From a virus (lineage: Duplodnaviria; Caudoviricetes), in the IMG/VR virus record IMGVR_UViG_3300009182_000072, positions 1 to 58,640 of that record: a stretch of DNA of 58,640 nt. The stretch is one strand, 5' to 3'. Below are positions 1 to 8,637 of this stretch, one piece after another (within the stretch, counting starts at the first letter, position 1; each line of letters opens with the position of its first letter). The notes under the pieces were generated by a model, which was not told where the DNA came from, searched no databases, and saw only the letters and a program-made list of their open reading frames with translations. The position numbers and the translations under genes were made by a program.

Positions 1-2
1 AT

Positions 3-29
3 GAATTAAAGTAAAGGGAAAAACGCTAA
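3..29 (-). promoter_or_regulatory. -35 half of a leftward early promoter (the -10 box lies outside the window)
   Basis: Reverse complement reads TTAGC-N5-TCCC-TTTACTTTAATTC, the same layout as the promoter at 13871-13913. Confidence 0.6.
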
Positions 30-197
30 GTGACTTACATTCAGTTAGCGGGACTCCTACCCTATGTCCCTATAGACTGGGTTTAATTGCTAGACATGTT
101 TTCTCTCTATCTACAGGAAAAACCCTAATGAATCTGTTTTCACATCTCCCAAAAATAGTCCCGCAGAAAATTTTTTGTAGAAAAGGTCGATAGGTGC

Positions 198-226
198 TTT
201 ACTTTAATTCGGATCTGGGGTATAAT
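198..226 (+). promoter_or_regulatory. sigma70-like early promoter
   Basis: TTTACT(198-203)-17 nt-TATAAT(221-226); motif recurs in the window. Confidence 0.8.
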
Positions 227-232
227 TCTTAC

Positions 233-448
233 ATGATGAACGAAAAGGAACTGATGATGACACGTACTGAAGAACAAGAAGCTATCGATGCCAAATACAA
301 CGAACTGTGCTCTGCCCTAACTGCTTTTGACTACAAGTTGAGAGAGTTGGCTCGTATGGTAGATCTGGATGATATCAAGGACATCTACCTTAAATCACTA
401 CCCTTGCACGACCTCCTAGACGAGATCGATGAAGTACTGGAGAAGTAA
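233..448 (+). CDS. hypothetical protein (probably leaderless, ATG 233)
   Basis: ORF; ATG lies 7 nt after the -10 box; the GTG start at 194 is upstream of the promoter. Confidence 0.7.
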   Translation: MMNEKELMMTRTEEQEAIDAKYNELCSALTAFDYKLRELARMVDLDDIKDIYLKSLPLHDLLDEIDEVLEK

Positions 449-449
449 T

Positions 450-677
450 ATGAAACAAATCTACGAAATTCGCTCGATGTTTAAAGATCCTGTACTAGAC
501 CAAATTGTCGTGTGGGGTTCCTATGATACTGAGAAGCAAGCAAGGCGAGCATTAGTGGATCTCTCCACTCGTAACTACGCAAATGCTAACGAGATTCGTT
601 CGCTTGGCCTAGAGTTGGTTCAGTACATACCTTTTGCGCTGGATCGCATTTCCGCTTTAGATATGGAGCTAGTATGA
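450..677 (+). CDS. hypothetical protein
   Basis: ORF with GGAG SD at 439-442; tight operon packing. Confidence 0.7.
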   Translation: MKQIYEIRSMFKDPVLDQIVVWGSYDTEKQARRALVDLSTRNYANANEIRSLGLELVQYIPFALDRISALDMELV

Positions 678-775
678 GTGATGCAGTATTTTACGGTTTT
701 CTCTTGGCTGTGATGTTTTTGTTATTTGGACATCCCATTATTGCATTGATTGTTTTTCTCTTGGCGATACTATGA
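674..775 (+). CDS. small hydrophobic membrane peptide (33 aa, not in ORF track)
   Basis: MSDAVFYGFLLAVMFLLFGHPIIALIVFLLAIL; ATGA overlaps with both neighbours. Confidence 0.65.
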   Translation: MSDAVFYGFLLAVMFLLFGHPIIALIVFLLAIL

Positions 776-1185
776 AACAAATTATTTTTGGTGGTAGAGT
801 GATGGATGGTTACTACATCGAATTCAAGAACGATAAAGTAAAGGTCATATCAACTAAACAAACTGGCATTAAAGAGATGTCCCTGCCCATGAGTGGTAGT
901 TCTAAGTATCCTGGTTTAGTCTTTACTGTTGGTTCTGATAAGATCAGAGCAGATATTCATCGGGTTATAGCTGAGAATTTAATTCCTTTCCCCAGACCAA
1001 AGTGTATACCTAAATCAAAGTGGGATTCTACTTCAAATTTGGTGAAGGATCATATCAAGTCTCTTTACTTTGTTAACCATATCGATCATGACAAGTATAA
1101 CTTTCATCCTACAAATCTAGAGTGGGTCACTAGCAAGGGTAATGCTAATGCGTATCAGAAGCATAAAAAAGGAATTACAAAATGA
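772..1185 (+). CDS. HNH endonuclease (free-standing homing-type)
   Basis: IHRVIAE...VNHIDHDKYNFHPTNLEWVT HNH motif. Confidence 0.85.
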   Translation: MKQIIFGGRVMDGYYIEFKNDKVKVISTKQTGIKEMSLPMSGSSKYPGLVFTVGSDKIRADIHRVIAENLIPFPRPKCIPKSKWDSTSNLVKDHIKSLYFVNHIDHDKYNFHPTNLEWVTSKGNANAYQKHKKGITK

Positions 1186-1532
1186 GTCTTGATGTTGATT
1201 TAATGGTGATGCAACCTACCTCTGTATACAGTAGGAACATCACACACAATTTGGCTATAATGGCCAGTGAGGTTGATATATCTTACATGGCTGGAACAGT
1301 GACTTTGTATACTGTTCTTTGGCGACCAGAAGAACTTCAGTTTACCCGAGCACGAGAAATCGCAGAGTTACTGGATGAAGGGTGGAATATCCTACTCTCT
1401 GATCCAGAGTATTATAAAACATTTGACCCAGAGAATGGTTGGGGTTCGTATGAAGGATTGGTTGACTTTGTTTATACGTATCGTAACGCATGCAGGGAAA
1501 ATCCCGATGCAGAATTGAGGATATCAAGATGA
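1182..1532 (+). CDS. hypothetical phage protein
   Basis: ORF with AGGA SD and ATGA coupling. Confidence 0.75.
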   Translation: MSLDVDLMVMQPTSVYSRNITHNLAIMASEVDISYMAGTVTLYTVLWRPEELQFTRAREIAELLDEGWNILLSDPEYYKTFDPENGWGSYEGLVDFVYTYRNACRENPDAELRISR

Positions 1533-1825
1533 AGAAAATTTATAAATCTCGCTACGTAAATGCGCTTAAGAAAGCAGCGAAAATCAATCGCTACCTAAAG
1601 AAGGGATACCATGTGTTTCATGGTGGTAGCCTAGTTGTAGGTGGTAAGTTTATACTCCGAGGTGATGAGTTACTCTTCAAGAGTAGCGATACCTACTACA
1701 CTGTGTACTATCAAAATAGCCCAGACTGGGATCATGGTTACTGGACTAACATAGATATATGGAACAAACAATTTACTGATTCATTTGAAGTTTATCAACC
1801 AAGTGCAAAGGTCACGCTATGTTAG
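1529..1825 (+). CDS. hypothetical protein
   Basis: ATG 1529 with GAGG SD, coupled to the previous stop. Confidence 0.7.
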   Translation: MKKIYKSRYVNALKKAAKINRYLKKGYHVFHGGSLVVGGKFILRGDELLFKSSDTYYTVYYQNSPDWDHGYWTNIDIWNKQFTDSFEVYQPSAKVTLC

Positions 1826-2043
1826 AAATTTTTATTCCCGTTCTAGTTATCTGTATGAATGGTAAATGTGAATTCATGCAAGCGCATGTTCACTACACCA
1901 CCGAAGATGCTTGTAGACAACAAGTTGATGTTCAAATACAACATATGCAAGGATTGGCCAACCAGGGAGGAAAAGAGATTACCATCATTGAAGGTACTTG
2001 TATAACTGCTAAGGTTAAACCCATAAAAGGAATTGAGGCATGA
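1819..2043 (+). CDS. hypothetical small Cys-containing protein with hydrophobic N-terminus
   Basis: ORF in operon; IFIPVLVIC N-terminus; four Cys. Confidence 0.7.
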   Translation: MLEIFIPVLVICMNGKCEFMQAHVHYTTEDACRQQVDVQIQHMQGLANQGGKEITIIEGTCITAKVKPIKGIEA

Positions 2044-2044
2044 T

Positions 2045-2173
2045 ATGTTTAGACATGATACTGTAATGGCTGTTCGTGAGATGCTTGAGCGACACTGGGA
2101 TGTGTATGAGATTGCATCTAAGCTGAAACTTGACATTTCTCTGGTTCAAGCTATAATTGACTTATTGACATGA
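2045..2173 (+). CDS. small HTH-like protein (42 aa, not in ORF track)
   Basis: MFRHDTVMAVREMLERHWDVYEIASKLKLDISLVQAIIDLLT; GAGG SD; exactly fills the gap. Confidence 0.6.
   Translation: MFRHDTVMAVREMLERHWDVYEIASKLKLDISLVQAIIDLLT
2130..2157 (+). promoter_or_regulatory. possible internal sigma70 promoter
   Basis: TTGACA(2130-2135)-16 nt-TATAAT(2152-2157), consensus hexamers. Confidence 0.45.
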
Positions 2174-2394
2174 AGAAAACGATTTGGAAAATTCGTCTCC
2201 GACCAGATGGTGAATGGGAGAATGTCTACTGTGGTGAAGAACCAACAACTGTCACCGATCCTAAAAAGATTGCAATGCTCGAGGAAGTTAAACGTCTCGA
2301 GGAATTCAAAGAATACCTGATTGAACAAGCACTTGAGATTAAAGGTTTTGCAGAAGCAAACGAAGTGATATCTCGAATCAAAAATAAAACTTGA
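2170..2394 (+). CDS. hypothetical protein
   Basis: ORF with ATGA coupling. Confidence 0.7.
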   Translation: MKKTIWKIRLRPDGEWENVYCGEEPTTVTDPKKIAMLEEVKRLEEFKEYLIEQALEIKGFAEANEVISRIKNKT

Positions 2395-2419
2395 CTTTTA
2401 TCTTACTTTGGAGTATAAT
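2391..2419 (+). promoter_or_regulatory. sigma70-like early promoter
   Basis: TTGACT(2391-2396)-17 nt-TATAAT(2414-2419). Confidence 0.85.
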
Positions 2420-2425
2420 TATATT

Positions 2426-2644
2426 ATGACTAATGATGAACTAATTGCAATATCCAATGGCGTTGATACTTACATGTCAACACTCATGCATGTATATGAA
2501 ATAACTCCACTATCACTAACAGCAATTTTGCTGGCACGTTGCATGGTTTTAAACAAACAAACAGGATCGGTTGAGGACTTCCTAAAATTGGTCAACACAA
2601 TTGTTCAGGATCCTCCGATGGAAATACAGAGAAAGGTACACTAA
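2426..2644 (+). CDS. hypothetical protein (probably leaderless, ATG 2426)
   Basis: ATG 7 nt after the -10 box; no SD. Confidence 0.7.
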   Translation: MTNDELIAISNGVDTYMSTLMHVYEITPLSLTAILLARCMVLNKQTGSVEDFLKLVNTIVQDPPMEIQRKVH

Positions 2645-3501
2645 TGAGAATCGCAATATGTTCGGATGTCCATTTGGAATTCGGACCAATTACACTGCAG
2701 AATGATAATGGGGCTGACGTGCTTGTGCTGTCGGGTGACATCTGCACAGCCAAAGATCTTGAAGTTACAGACAGTATCCTGTCCAGTGCCAAGACCGATC
2801 GCTTTATGGAATTCTTTGGTACTTGCAGCAAGAACTTCCCGCATGTGGTTTACGTCATGGGTAATCATGAGCACTATCATGGTGACTACGCTACTTCAAT
2901 TCATACTCTAAAAGCAGCATTGAAGTCATACGAAAACATCCATGTTCTTGACAAAGAATTCTGGGATCATGGTGATTATCGTTTCATGGGTGGTACACTA
3001 TGGACTGACATGAATGGTGAAGATGAACGAACCATGAGTTATGTTCATGATCGTATGAATGACTTCCGTATCTGTGCGAATAGCAATCGGGTTGTGAACT
3101 ACAGATCGTTTGAAGAAGGTAAAGCAAAGTTTCATGAGCGACCAGCTAAACTTAGTCCACAAGATGCTCTTGAAGACCACAAAGCAATGATGCGTTTCCT
3201 TGAGGATACTTACAAGGATACACCTCCATGGATGAATGTCATTGTTTGCGGTCATCATGCTCCAAGCAAACTTTCTGAGCATCCTCGTTACAAGAGTGAG
3301 TACCTGATGAATGGTGCTTACAATTCTAACTTGGATCAGTTTATCTTGGATCATCCAGGTATTAAACTTTGGACTCATGGTCACACTCATGAAGATTTTG
3401 ACTACATGATTGGCAGTACTCGTATTGTTTGTAATCCTCGTGGTTACATCGATTACGAAGAACGTGCAGATCGCTTTATGCTTAAGACTGTTGAAGTATG
3501 A
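2644..3501 (+). CDS. calcineurin-like metallophosphoesterase
   Basis: SDVH, GDI, GNHEHY, HH and GHTH motifs. Confidence 0.9.
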   Translation: MRIAICSDVHLEFGPITLQNDNGADVLVLSGDICTAKDLEVTDSILSSAKTDRFMEFFGTCSKNFPHVVYVMGNHEHYHGDYATSIHTLKAALKSYENIHVLDKEFWDHGDYRFMGGTLWTDMNGEDERTMSYVHDRMNDFRICANSNRVVNYRSFEEGKAKFHERPAKLSPQDALEDHKAMMRFLEDTYKDTPPWMNVIVCGHHAPSKLSEHPRYKSEYLMNGAYNSNLDQFILDHPGIKLWTHGHTHEDFDYMIGSTRIVCNPRGYIDYEERADRFMLKTVEV

Positions 3502-3833
3502 GTGAGTATCGCCCAGATAAATGGTTAGTCGTTAAGATTACTGGAAAGGATACTCCACCAGTCCATAAAGTTTTTGCTTGCTGGTATGGTGGTTATCTTG
3601 GTTCAGATTCTTGGAAACTAAACAGTGGCATTACCAAGGCTACTCTTGAAGGATATGTTTATTCCTTTGAGGGTAGTTCTGGTTCTGTATATGAATGTCA
3701 TAAAGATTATTATGGCACAAACGGCTATGGTGCAGATGTTCTTTCTAACATTATTGCCAGGGCTGGAATGAATGGCGTTACTATTGAACTTATGCCCGAA
3801 AATACTAACTGGATGGAGATAAACTATGAGTGA
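3498..3833 (+). CDS. hypothetical phage protein
   Basis: ORF with ATGA coupling. Confidence 0.75.
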   Translation: MSEYRPDKWLVVKITGKDTPPVHKVFACWYGGYLGSDSWKLNSGITKATLEGYVYSFEGSSGSVYECHKDYYGTNGYGADVLSNIIARAGMNGVTIELMPENTNWMEINYE

Positions 3834-4023
3834 ACCTACACACTGGACACTTACGCTTGAAGAAGCAGACGATGGCAGTGGAGACTTAGTTCTTCCATTG
3901 ACTGATGAAATTATGGCATCCGCTGGTTGGAAAACTGGCGATACCTTAATCTGGACCGATCTACACAATGGATCATGGTCTCTTAAAAAGAAAGATGTCG
4001 ATGATGGAACCGAATCAGTGTGA
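3826..4023 (+). CDS. AbrB/MazE/SpoVT-like DNA-binding protein
   Basis: GDLVLPLTDEIMASAGWKTGDTLIW swapped-hairpin pattern; GGAG SD. Confidence 0.6.
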   Translation: MSEPTHWTLTLEEADDGSGDLVLPLTDEIMASAGWKTGDTLIWTDLHNGSWSLKKKDVDDGTESV

Positions 4024-4147
4024 GTATGCTGAGACCGCACTTGAGCATTACATGATGAAGTGTTATTCTCTTGAAGAAGAGAACCATCTCTTAAAGAAAC
4101 AAATCGAGAAACTACTACAATTATTGGAGGGAACTGAACATGCCTAA
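4001..4147 (+). CDS. small coiled-coil hypothetical protein (48 aa, not in ORF track)
   Basis: MMEPNQCEYAETALEHYMMKCYSLEEENHLLKKQIEKLLQLLEGTEHA fills the gap. Confidence 0.55.
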   Translation: MMEPNQCEYAETALEHYMMKCYSLEEENHLLKKQIEKLLQLLEGTEHA

Positions 4148-4433
4148 GTTTACATTTATTGCAGAACATGAAAGTGGTCAGAAAGTAACTTACGAGTGCC
4201 AACATGATTTTATTGATCATGTGCTTGAAGATTTTAATTTGTTTCTTCGTGGAACAGGTTTCTATCCACAGGGTGATCGTCTAGAGTATGTCTCTGATGA
4301 CTTTGGAAACTATGAAGAAGACTATGAAGAACTTCATGATGAACATTCAGAACACTACTGGGATACTGAACGAAATAAATCAGTTGAATCCCTTGATGAG
4401 TGGACACGAACAATTCGAGGAGAACATGAATGA
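4140..4433 (+). CDS. acidic hypothetical protein
   Basis: ORF with GGAGG SD. Confidence 0.75.
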   Translation: MPKFTFIAEHESGQKVTYECQHDFIDHVLEDFNLFLRGTGFYPQGDRLEYVSDDFGNYEEDYEELHDEHSEHYWDTERNKSVESLDEWTRTIRGEHE

Positions 4434-4807
4434 GTAAAGTATTCACTGATGTTTCAGTGTTTCTCAATGCATGTGGTCAACACACACCGCATCAACCAGA
4501 TCCAAAGGTTTCTGACCTTGCCGAACTCTACAAGAAACTCATCAAAGAAGAAGTAGAAGAATTCTGGGAAGCAGAAGCTACAAGTGATGATGCTGAACAG
4601 CTTGATGCATGTTTCGATATGATCTGGGTTATCGTTGGATACATGAAGGCACGTGGTTGGGATTGTTCTGCTGCATGGGATGAAGGTGCAAAGTCTAATC
4701 TTTCAAAAATTGACCCTACTACTGGTATGGTTATTCGTCGTGAAGACGGCAAAATCCTTAAACCAGAGGGCTGGAAGCCACCAGACTTTACCAAATTTAT
4801 CGCTTGA
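4430..4807 (+). CDS. MazG-like/PRA-PH all-alpha NTP pyrophosphohydrolase
   Basis: LIKEEVEEF...EQLDACFD...SNLSK...GKILKPEGWKPPD. Confidence 0.8.
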   Translation: MSKVFTDVSVFLNACGQHTPHQPDPKVSDLAELYKKLIKEEVEEFWEAEATSDDAEQLDACFDMIWVIVGYMKARGWDCSAAWDEGAKSNLSKIDPTTGMVIRREDGKILKPEGWKPPDFTKFIA

Positions 4808-4832
4808 CTTTAATTCAGTTTTGAGGTATAAT
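4804..4832 (+). promoter_or_regulatory. sigma70-like early promoter
   Basis: TTGACT(4804-4809)-17 nt-TATAAT(4827-4832). Confidence 0.85.
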
Positions 4833-4838
4833 TATATT

Positions 4839-5372
4839 ATGAAAAACGATATTACACTCTACTTAGACATGGATGGTGTGCTTTGCAATTTTGACAAAGC
4901 GTACAAATCCCTACGCACTCATGCTGAAGATGGAAACCGATTCCGTGCAGCTGTCATGGAATTCAATATTTTTGAAGAACTTGAATTCATGCCAGATACC
5001 ATGGAGTTGATGAACTACGTAACGAAACTTGATGGAGTTAACATTGAGATTCTTACTTCAGTAGGAACATTCGATGAAGTCCGAGGAAATGCAGCTAAAC
5101 GCCAAAAGAACAAATGGCTTGACAGCAGAAACTTTCCTTACAAACCAAACTTCGTTCGTACGAAATCTGAAAAAGCTAACTACGCTACACCAAATAGCAT
5201 CTTGATTGATGACTCGATTGGTTGCATTGAACCATTCAACGCCAGTGGTGGTCATGGTATTCTACATACAAATTCCACACATACTGTTCAAATACTACAT
5301 GATGTCATTCGTGGTATTCGTGGATTGAACATGCTGAAATTTGGTTATGACTCAATGGGAACTTATGCTTGA
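4839..5372 (+). CDS. HAD-family 5'(3')-deoxyribonucleotidase-like protein (probably leaderless, ATG 4839)
   Basis: YLDMDGVL motif I, ILTS motif II, K, LIDD motif IV. Confidence 0.85.
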   Translation: MKNDITLYLDMDGVLCNFDKAYKSLRTHAEDGNRFRAAVMEFNIFEELEFMPDTMELMNYVTKLDGVNIEILTSVGTFDEVRGNAAKRQKNKWLDSRNFPYKPNFVRTKSEKANYATPNSILIDDSIGCIEPFNASGGHGILHTNSTHTVQILHDVIRGIRGLNMLKFGYDSMGTYA

Positions 5373-5649
5373 TATTTTTGCACCAACTTTACAATGGATA
5401 CGTGATGACTACTCTTCTAATCGTATTCGCTTTGTTGCCGAGTTTCTTGCTTGGATTATTAGTATTGGGTGTAGCATTACAATGGCATCTACCGTACCAA
5501 ATCCTCCCCTCTTGGCTCTTTATCCTGTGTGGATTACTGGCTGTGCTATCTATGCTTGGGCTAGTTATACTAGGAAATCTTTTGGCATGCTTGCTAACTA
5601 CTTACTACTAGTAAGTATTGATTGTTTTGGATTGTGGAGAATGTTATGA
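5365..5649 (+). CDS. small membrane protein (about 3 TM)
   Basis: Hydrophobic segments; ATG 5365 after GGGA. Confidence 0.7.
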   Translation: MLDIFAPTLQWIRDDYSSNRIRFVAEFLAWIISIGCSITMASTVPNPPLLALYPVWITGCAIYAWASYTRKSFGMLANYLLLVSIDCFGLWRML

Positions 5650-5903
5650 GTCAAGTTTTAACAACAAACACTTATTACGGTGCTGTTCCACCAGCACCTA
5701 TACCTGTTCCACCCCAACCTGCTCCATCTATTACGATGCCTGAGCCGATCAGTTATGAATTTCAGGTAGTTGAGTTTATTGACAAAAATAAAATTATCAA
5801 AGTTGCATTGCAAGTTAAACGTAACACGCATGATCAATATGGTAATATTAAAATCCATGGAACTTGGCAAGATGTACCACGTGTAAAGGTTGAAGAACTA
5901 TGA
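5646..5903 (+). CDS. hypothetical protein with Pro-rich N-terminus
   Basis: GGAG SD and ATGA coupling. Confidence 0.7.
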   Translation: MSQVLTTNTYYGAVPPAPIPVPPQPAPSITMPEPISYEFQVVEFIDKNKIIKVALQVKRNTHDQYGNIKIHGTWQDVPRVKVEEL

Positions 5904-6442
5904 ATATCTTTTATCTACATAATGACCCACGCACTTGTGCAGAAATGCATGTCGATAAACACTGCATAAAGATGATCCTCGAATATGCTCAATTACTTTC
6001 TACTGCTCATCGTGTTCTTGATGGTATTCAAATTGTTGGTTTATCTAAATCTGGAAGAAAACAGACACGGTATGAACTTTCTGACAATCGTGATGGCATA
6101 TTGTATAGTGCTACTCATATCAATCACCCTTCCGCTGTTTGGGTAAGAAAAACAGTTCAGAATTATATGTGGCTCGCTGAATTGCTCGAGATGCTTTGCA
6201 GTGAATACACGTATCGTTATGGTCGTGTTCATAAAGTTGAAGATACTGGTTTGATGCAGTTGCTAAAGAATGAATTCCCAAAGAATATCCCTACAGGTAA
6301 CTTTACTGAGCCAACCCCAGCCATGCCTGACAACTACAAAGTAGCAGGTGATTCTATTCAGTCTTACAAAAATTATTACCTTGGTGACAAAACTCGCATG
6401 TTCTCTTGGAAAAATCGTCAACAACCAAGTTGGATTCAATGA
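5900..6442 (+). CDS. pyrimidine-dimer DNA glycosylase/endonuclease V-like protein
   Basis: MNIFYL...DKHCIKMILEYAQLLSTAH...THINHPSAVW family signature. Confidence 0.7.
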   Translation: MNIFYLHNDPRTCAEMHVDKHCIKMILEYAQLLSTAHRVLDGIQIVGLSKSGRKQTRYELSDNRDGILYSATHINHPSAVWVRKTVQNYMWLAELLEMLCSEYTYRYGRVHKVEDTGLMQLLKNEFPKNIPTGNFTEPTPAMPDNYKVAGDSIQSYKNYYLGDKTRMFSWKNRQQPSWIQ

Positions 6443-6987
6443 AGATAATTTCATACTATACTGCACTATATGAACCAGAAGCAGCAAATCTTATAAAGTC
6501 TCTTAATAAGTTTCCAGATATTAAGTATGAAGTAGAACAGCGAGAAGAAAGTGGTAACTGGGAACGTAACACTCATTATAAAGCAATATACATAAAAGAG
6601 AAACTTACTGAACCAGTTATCTGGACAGATGCTGATTCTGTTTTAAGGCAGTATCCTGTATTATTTGAAACGATAGATTGTGATTTTGCTGCTCACTGGT
6701 TTAAAGATGATGAACTAATTTCTGCAACAACCTACTGGAATAATACTCCAAAGGCGCATGAACTACTTGATAGTTGGGTTAGACTAAATCGTTTGTTTCC
6801 TGAAAATTGGGATCAGGTTAATCTGCAAAATGCACTTAATGGTATTGATGATATTTCAGTCTATCGATTACCACCAGAATATAATTGTATATTTGATTTA
6901 AGTCGAGAATACTACGGTGAACTAAAACCTGTGTTTGAACACTTCCAAGCAAGTCGTAAGTACAAAGCCAGACTAAATAGAGTGTAA
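6439..6987 (+). CDS. putative nucleotide-diphospho-sugar transferase (GT-A-like)
   Basis: WTDADS DxD motif, WDQ..L, EYNCI, HF. Confidence 0.7.
   Translation: MKIISYYTALYEPEAANLIKSLNKFPDIKYEVEQREESGNWERNTHYKAIYIKEKLTEPVIWTDADSVLRQYPVLFETIDCDFAAHWFKDDELISATTYWNNTPKAHELLDSWVRLNRLFPENWDQVNLQNALNGIDDISVYRLPPEYNCIFDLSREYYGELKPVFEHFQASRKYKARLNRV
6973..6979 (+). promoter_or_regulatory. putative late promoter (CTAAATA)
   Basis: Variant of the T4 gp55 TATAAATA box that recurs before structural genes. Confidence 0.5.
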
Positions 6988-6996
6988 GGAGATATT

Positions 6997-7242
6997 ATGC
7001 CAACATATTTGTTTAGAAATACTGATACAGGTGAAGTGTTTGAAAAGATCATGAAGATATCCGAACTTGATCAATACAAAGAAGCAAACCCCACTCACGA
7101 AAGATATTACGATGGAGTAGCACCAGCGTTTGCTGGAGACCACATAACAATCAAGAAGGACACGGGATTCAAGGAGGTTCTACAAAGAGTCCATGAGAAA
7201 ACACCAGGAAGCCAATTAAATAGACTATCATCGCAACTATAA
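6997..7242 (+). CDS. FmdB-like small protein typical of T4-like phages
   Basis: MPTYLFRNTDTGEVFE N-terminus; AAGGAG SD; lies before phoH. Confidence 0.7.
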   Translation: MPTYLFRNTDTGEVFEKIMKISELDQYKEANPTHERYYDGVAPAFAGDHITIKKDTGFKEVLQRVHEKTPGSQLNRLSSQL

Positions 7243-7255
7243 GAAAGAGAAACTA

Positions 7256-8020
7256 ATGGCAACTCGTTCAGCTAAAAAAGTAGTAGAAATAAATTATGAT
7301 GAACGTGAGACTAAACCAGTGTCTTCTAATCAACTAAAATTAAGATTAGATAATTTAAGAACTTTCCAACCACTAACAGAAAACCAAAAATTATTCTTTG
7401 ATGCGTATAAACAAGGTGATTACTTTGTAGCATTACATGGTGTAGCTGGTACTGGTAAAACCTTTATTGCACTTTATAAAGCAATAGAAGAAGTACTGGA
7501 TAAATCAAATCCTTTTAATAAAATTATTGTTGTTCGTTCAGCAGTGCAAGGTCGTGAGATTGGTCACCTTCCAGGTGATGTAAACGAAAAGATGGAAATC
7601 TATGAACAACCTTATCGTCAGATCTGCCATCAGTTGTTTGATCGTAAAGACGCATGGGATCGTTTAGAAGAACAAGGTTATATCCAGTTTATTTCTACTT
7701 CCTTTATTCGTGGTATGTCTTTTGATAATGCAATCATTATTGTTGATGAGATGCAGAATTTAACATTTGAAGAAATTGATACAGTTATGACTCGTGTTGG
7801 TCACATGTCTAAAATTCTTTGGTGTGGAGACTATCGTCAGACTGATCTAAATAAACTAAAGAACGACGTTACTGGTATTTTGAAATTCTTTGATATTGCT
7901 CAACACATGAAGTCATTTACTCGGATTGAGTTTACTGTAGATGACATTGTTCGTTCTTCACTGGTTAAAGATTATATCTTGGCTAAATTAAAATTCGAAG
8001 ATTATGAGGATAAACGATGA
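7256..8020 (+). CDS. phoH: PhoH-family ATPase
   Basis: GVAGTGKT Walker A, RSAV, GHLPG, RGMSF, DEMQN, GDYRQTD, DIVRS. Confidence 0.95.
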   Translation: MATRSAKKVVEINYDERETKPVSSNQLKLRLDNLRTFQPLTENQKLFFDAYKQGDYFVALHGVAGTGKTFIALYKAIEEVLDKSNPFNKIIVVRSAVQGREIGHLPGDVNEKMEIYEQPYRQICHQLFDRKDAWDRLEEQGYIQFISTSFIRGMSFDNAIIIVDEMQNLTFEEIDTVMTRVGHMSKILWCGDYRQTDLNKLKNDVTGILKFFDIAQHMKSFTRIEFTVDDIVRSSLVKDYILAKLKFEDYEDKR

Positions 8021-8637
8021 TTACAACAGAACAATTTGCACAATTATTTCCACGCAACCCAGAACCAGAGTTGTGGGCAGAATCTATGCAAGAAGTATTT
8101 CCAACTTATGAGATTAATACACCACAACGTGTTTCTGCATTCTTGGCACAGTGTGGTCATGAGTCTGGTGGTTGGACTACCTTCCAAGAAAACTTAAACT
8201 ATTCTGCACAGGGATTGTGTACCACGTTCAAGAAGTATTTTCCTACACTTGAATCTGCAACACCTTATGCACGTCAACCAGAAAAGATTGCTAATCGTGT
8301 TTATGCAAATCGTATGGGTAATGGACCAGAAGAATCTGGCGATGGTTGGAAGTATCGTGGTCGTGGACCAATTCAGTTGACTGGTAAGAGCAACTATATG
8401 CAATTTGCGCAAGACATGTTTGATGACTGGGAAAATCTTTTCAATAATCCAGACTGGGTTACTGAAGACAAAGACTTTGCACTGATGTCAGCTATCTGGT
8501 TCTGGAATAAAAACAAACTTAATGTTCAAGCAGATGCTGGTGACCTTAAGCTAATGACCAAGAAAATTAATGGTGGTTATCTTGGACTTGATGATCGTAT
8601 TGCACATTATAATGAATGTATAAACCTGTTAGGCTAA
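8017..8637 (+). CDS. glycoside hydrolase family 19 lysozyme/endolysin
   Basis: FLAQCGHESGG, ENLNYS, YRGRGPIQLTGKSNY, SAIWFW, INGG. Confidence 0.9.
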   Translation: MITTEQFAQLFPRNPEPELWAESMQEVFPTYEINTPQRVSAFLAQCGHESGGWTTFQENLNYSAQGLCTTFKKYFPTLESATPYARQPEKIANRVYANRMGNGPEESGDGWKYRGRGPIQLTGKSNYMQFAQDMFDDWENLFNNPDWVTEDKDFALMSAIWFWNKNKLNVQADAGDLKLMTKKINGGYLGLDDRIAHYNECINLLG

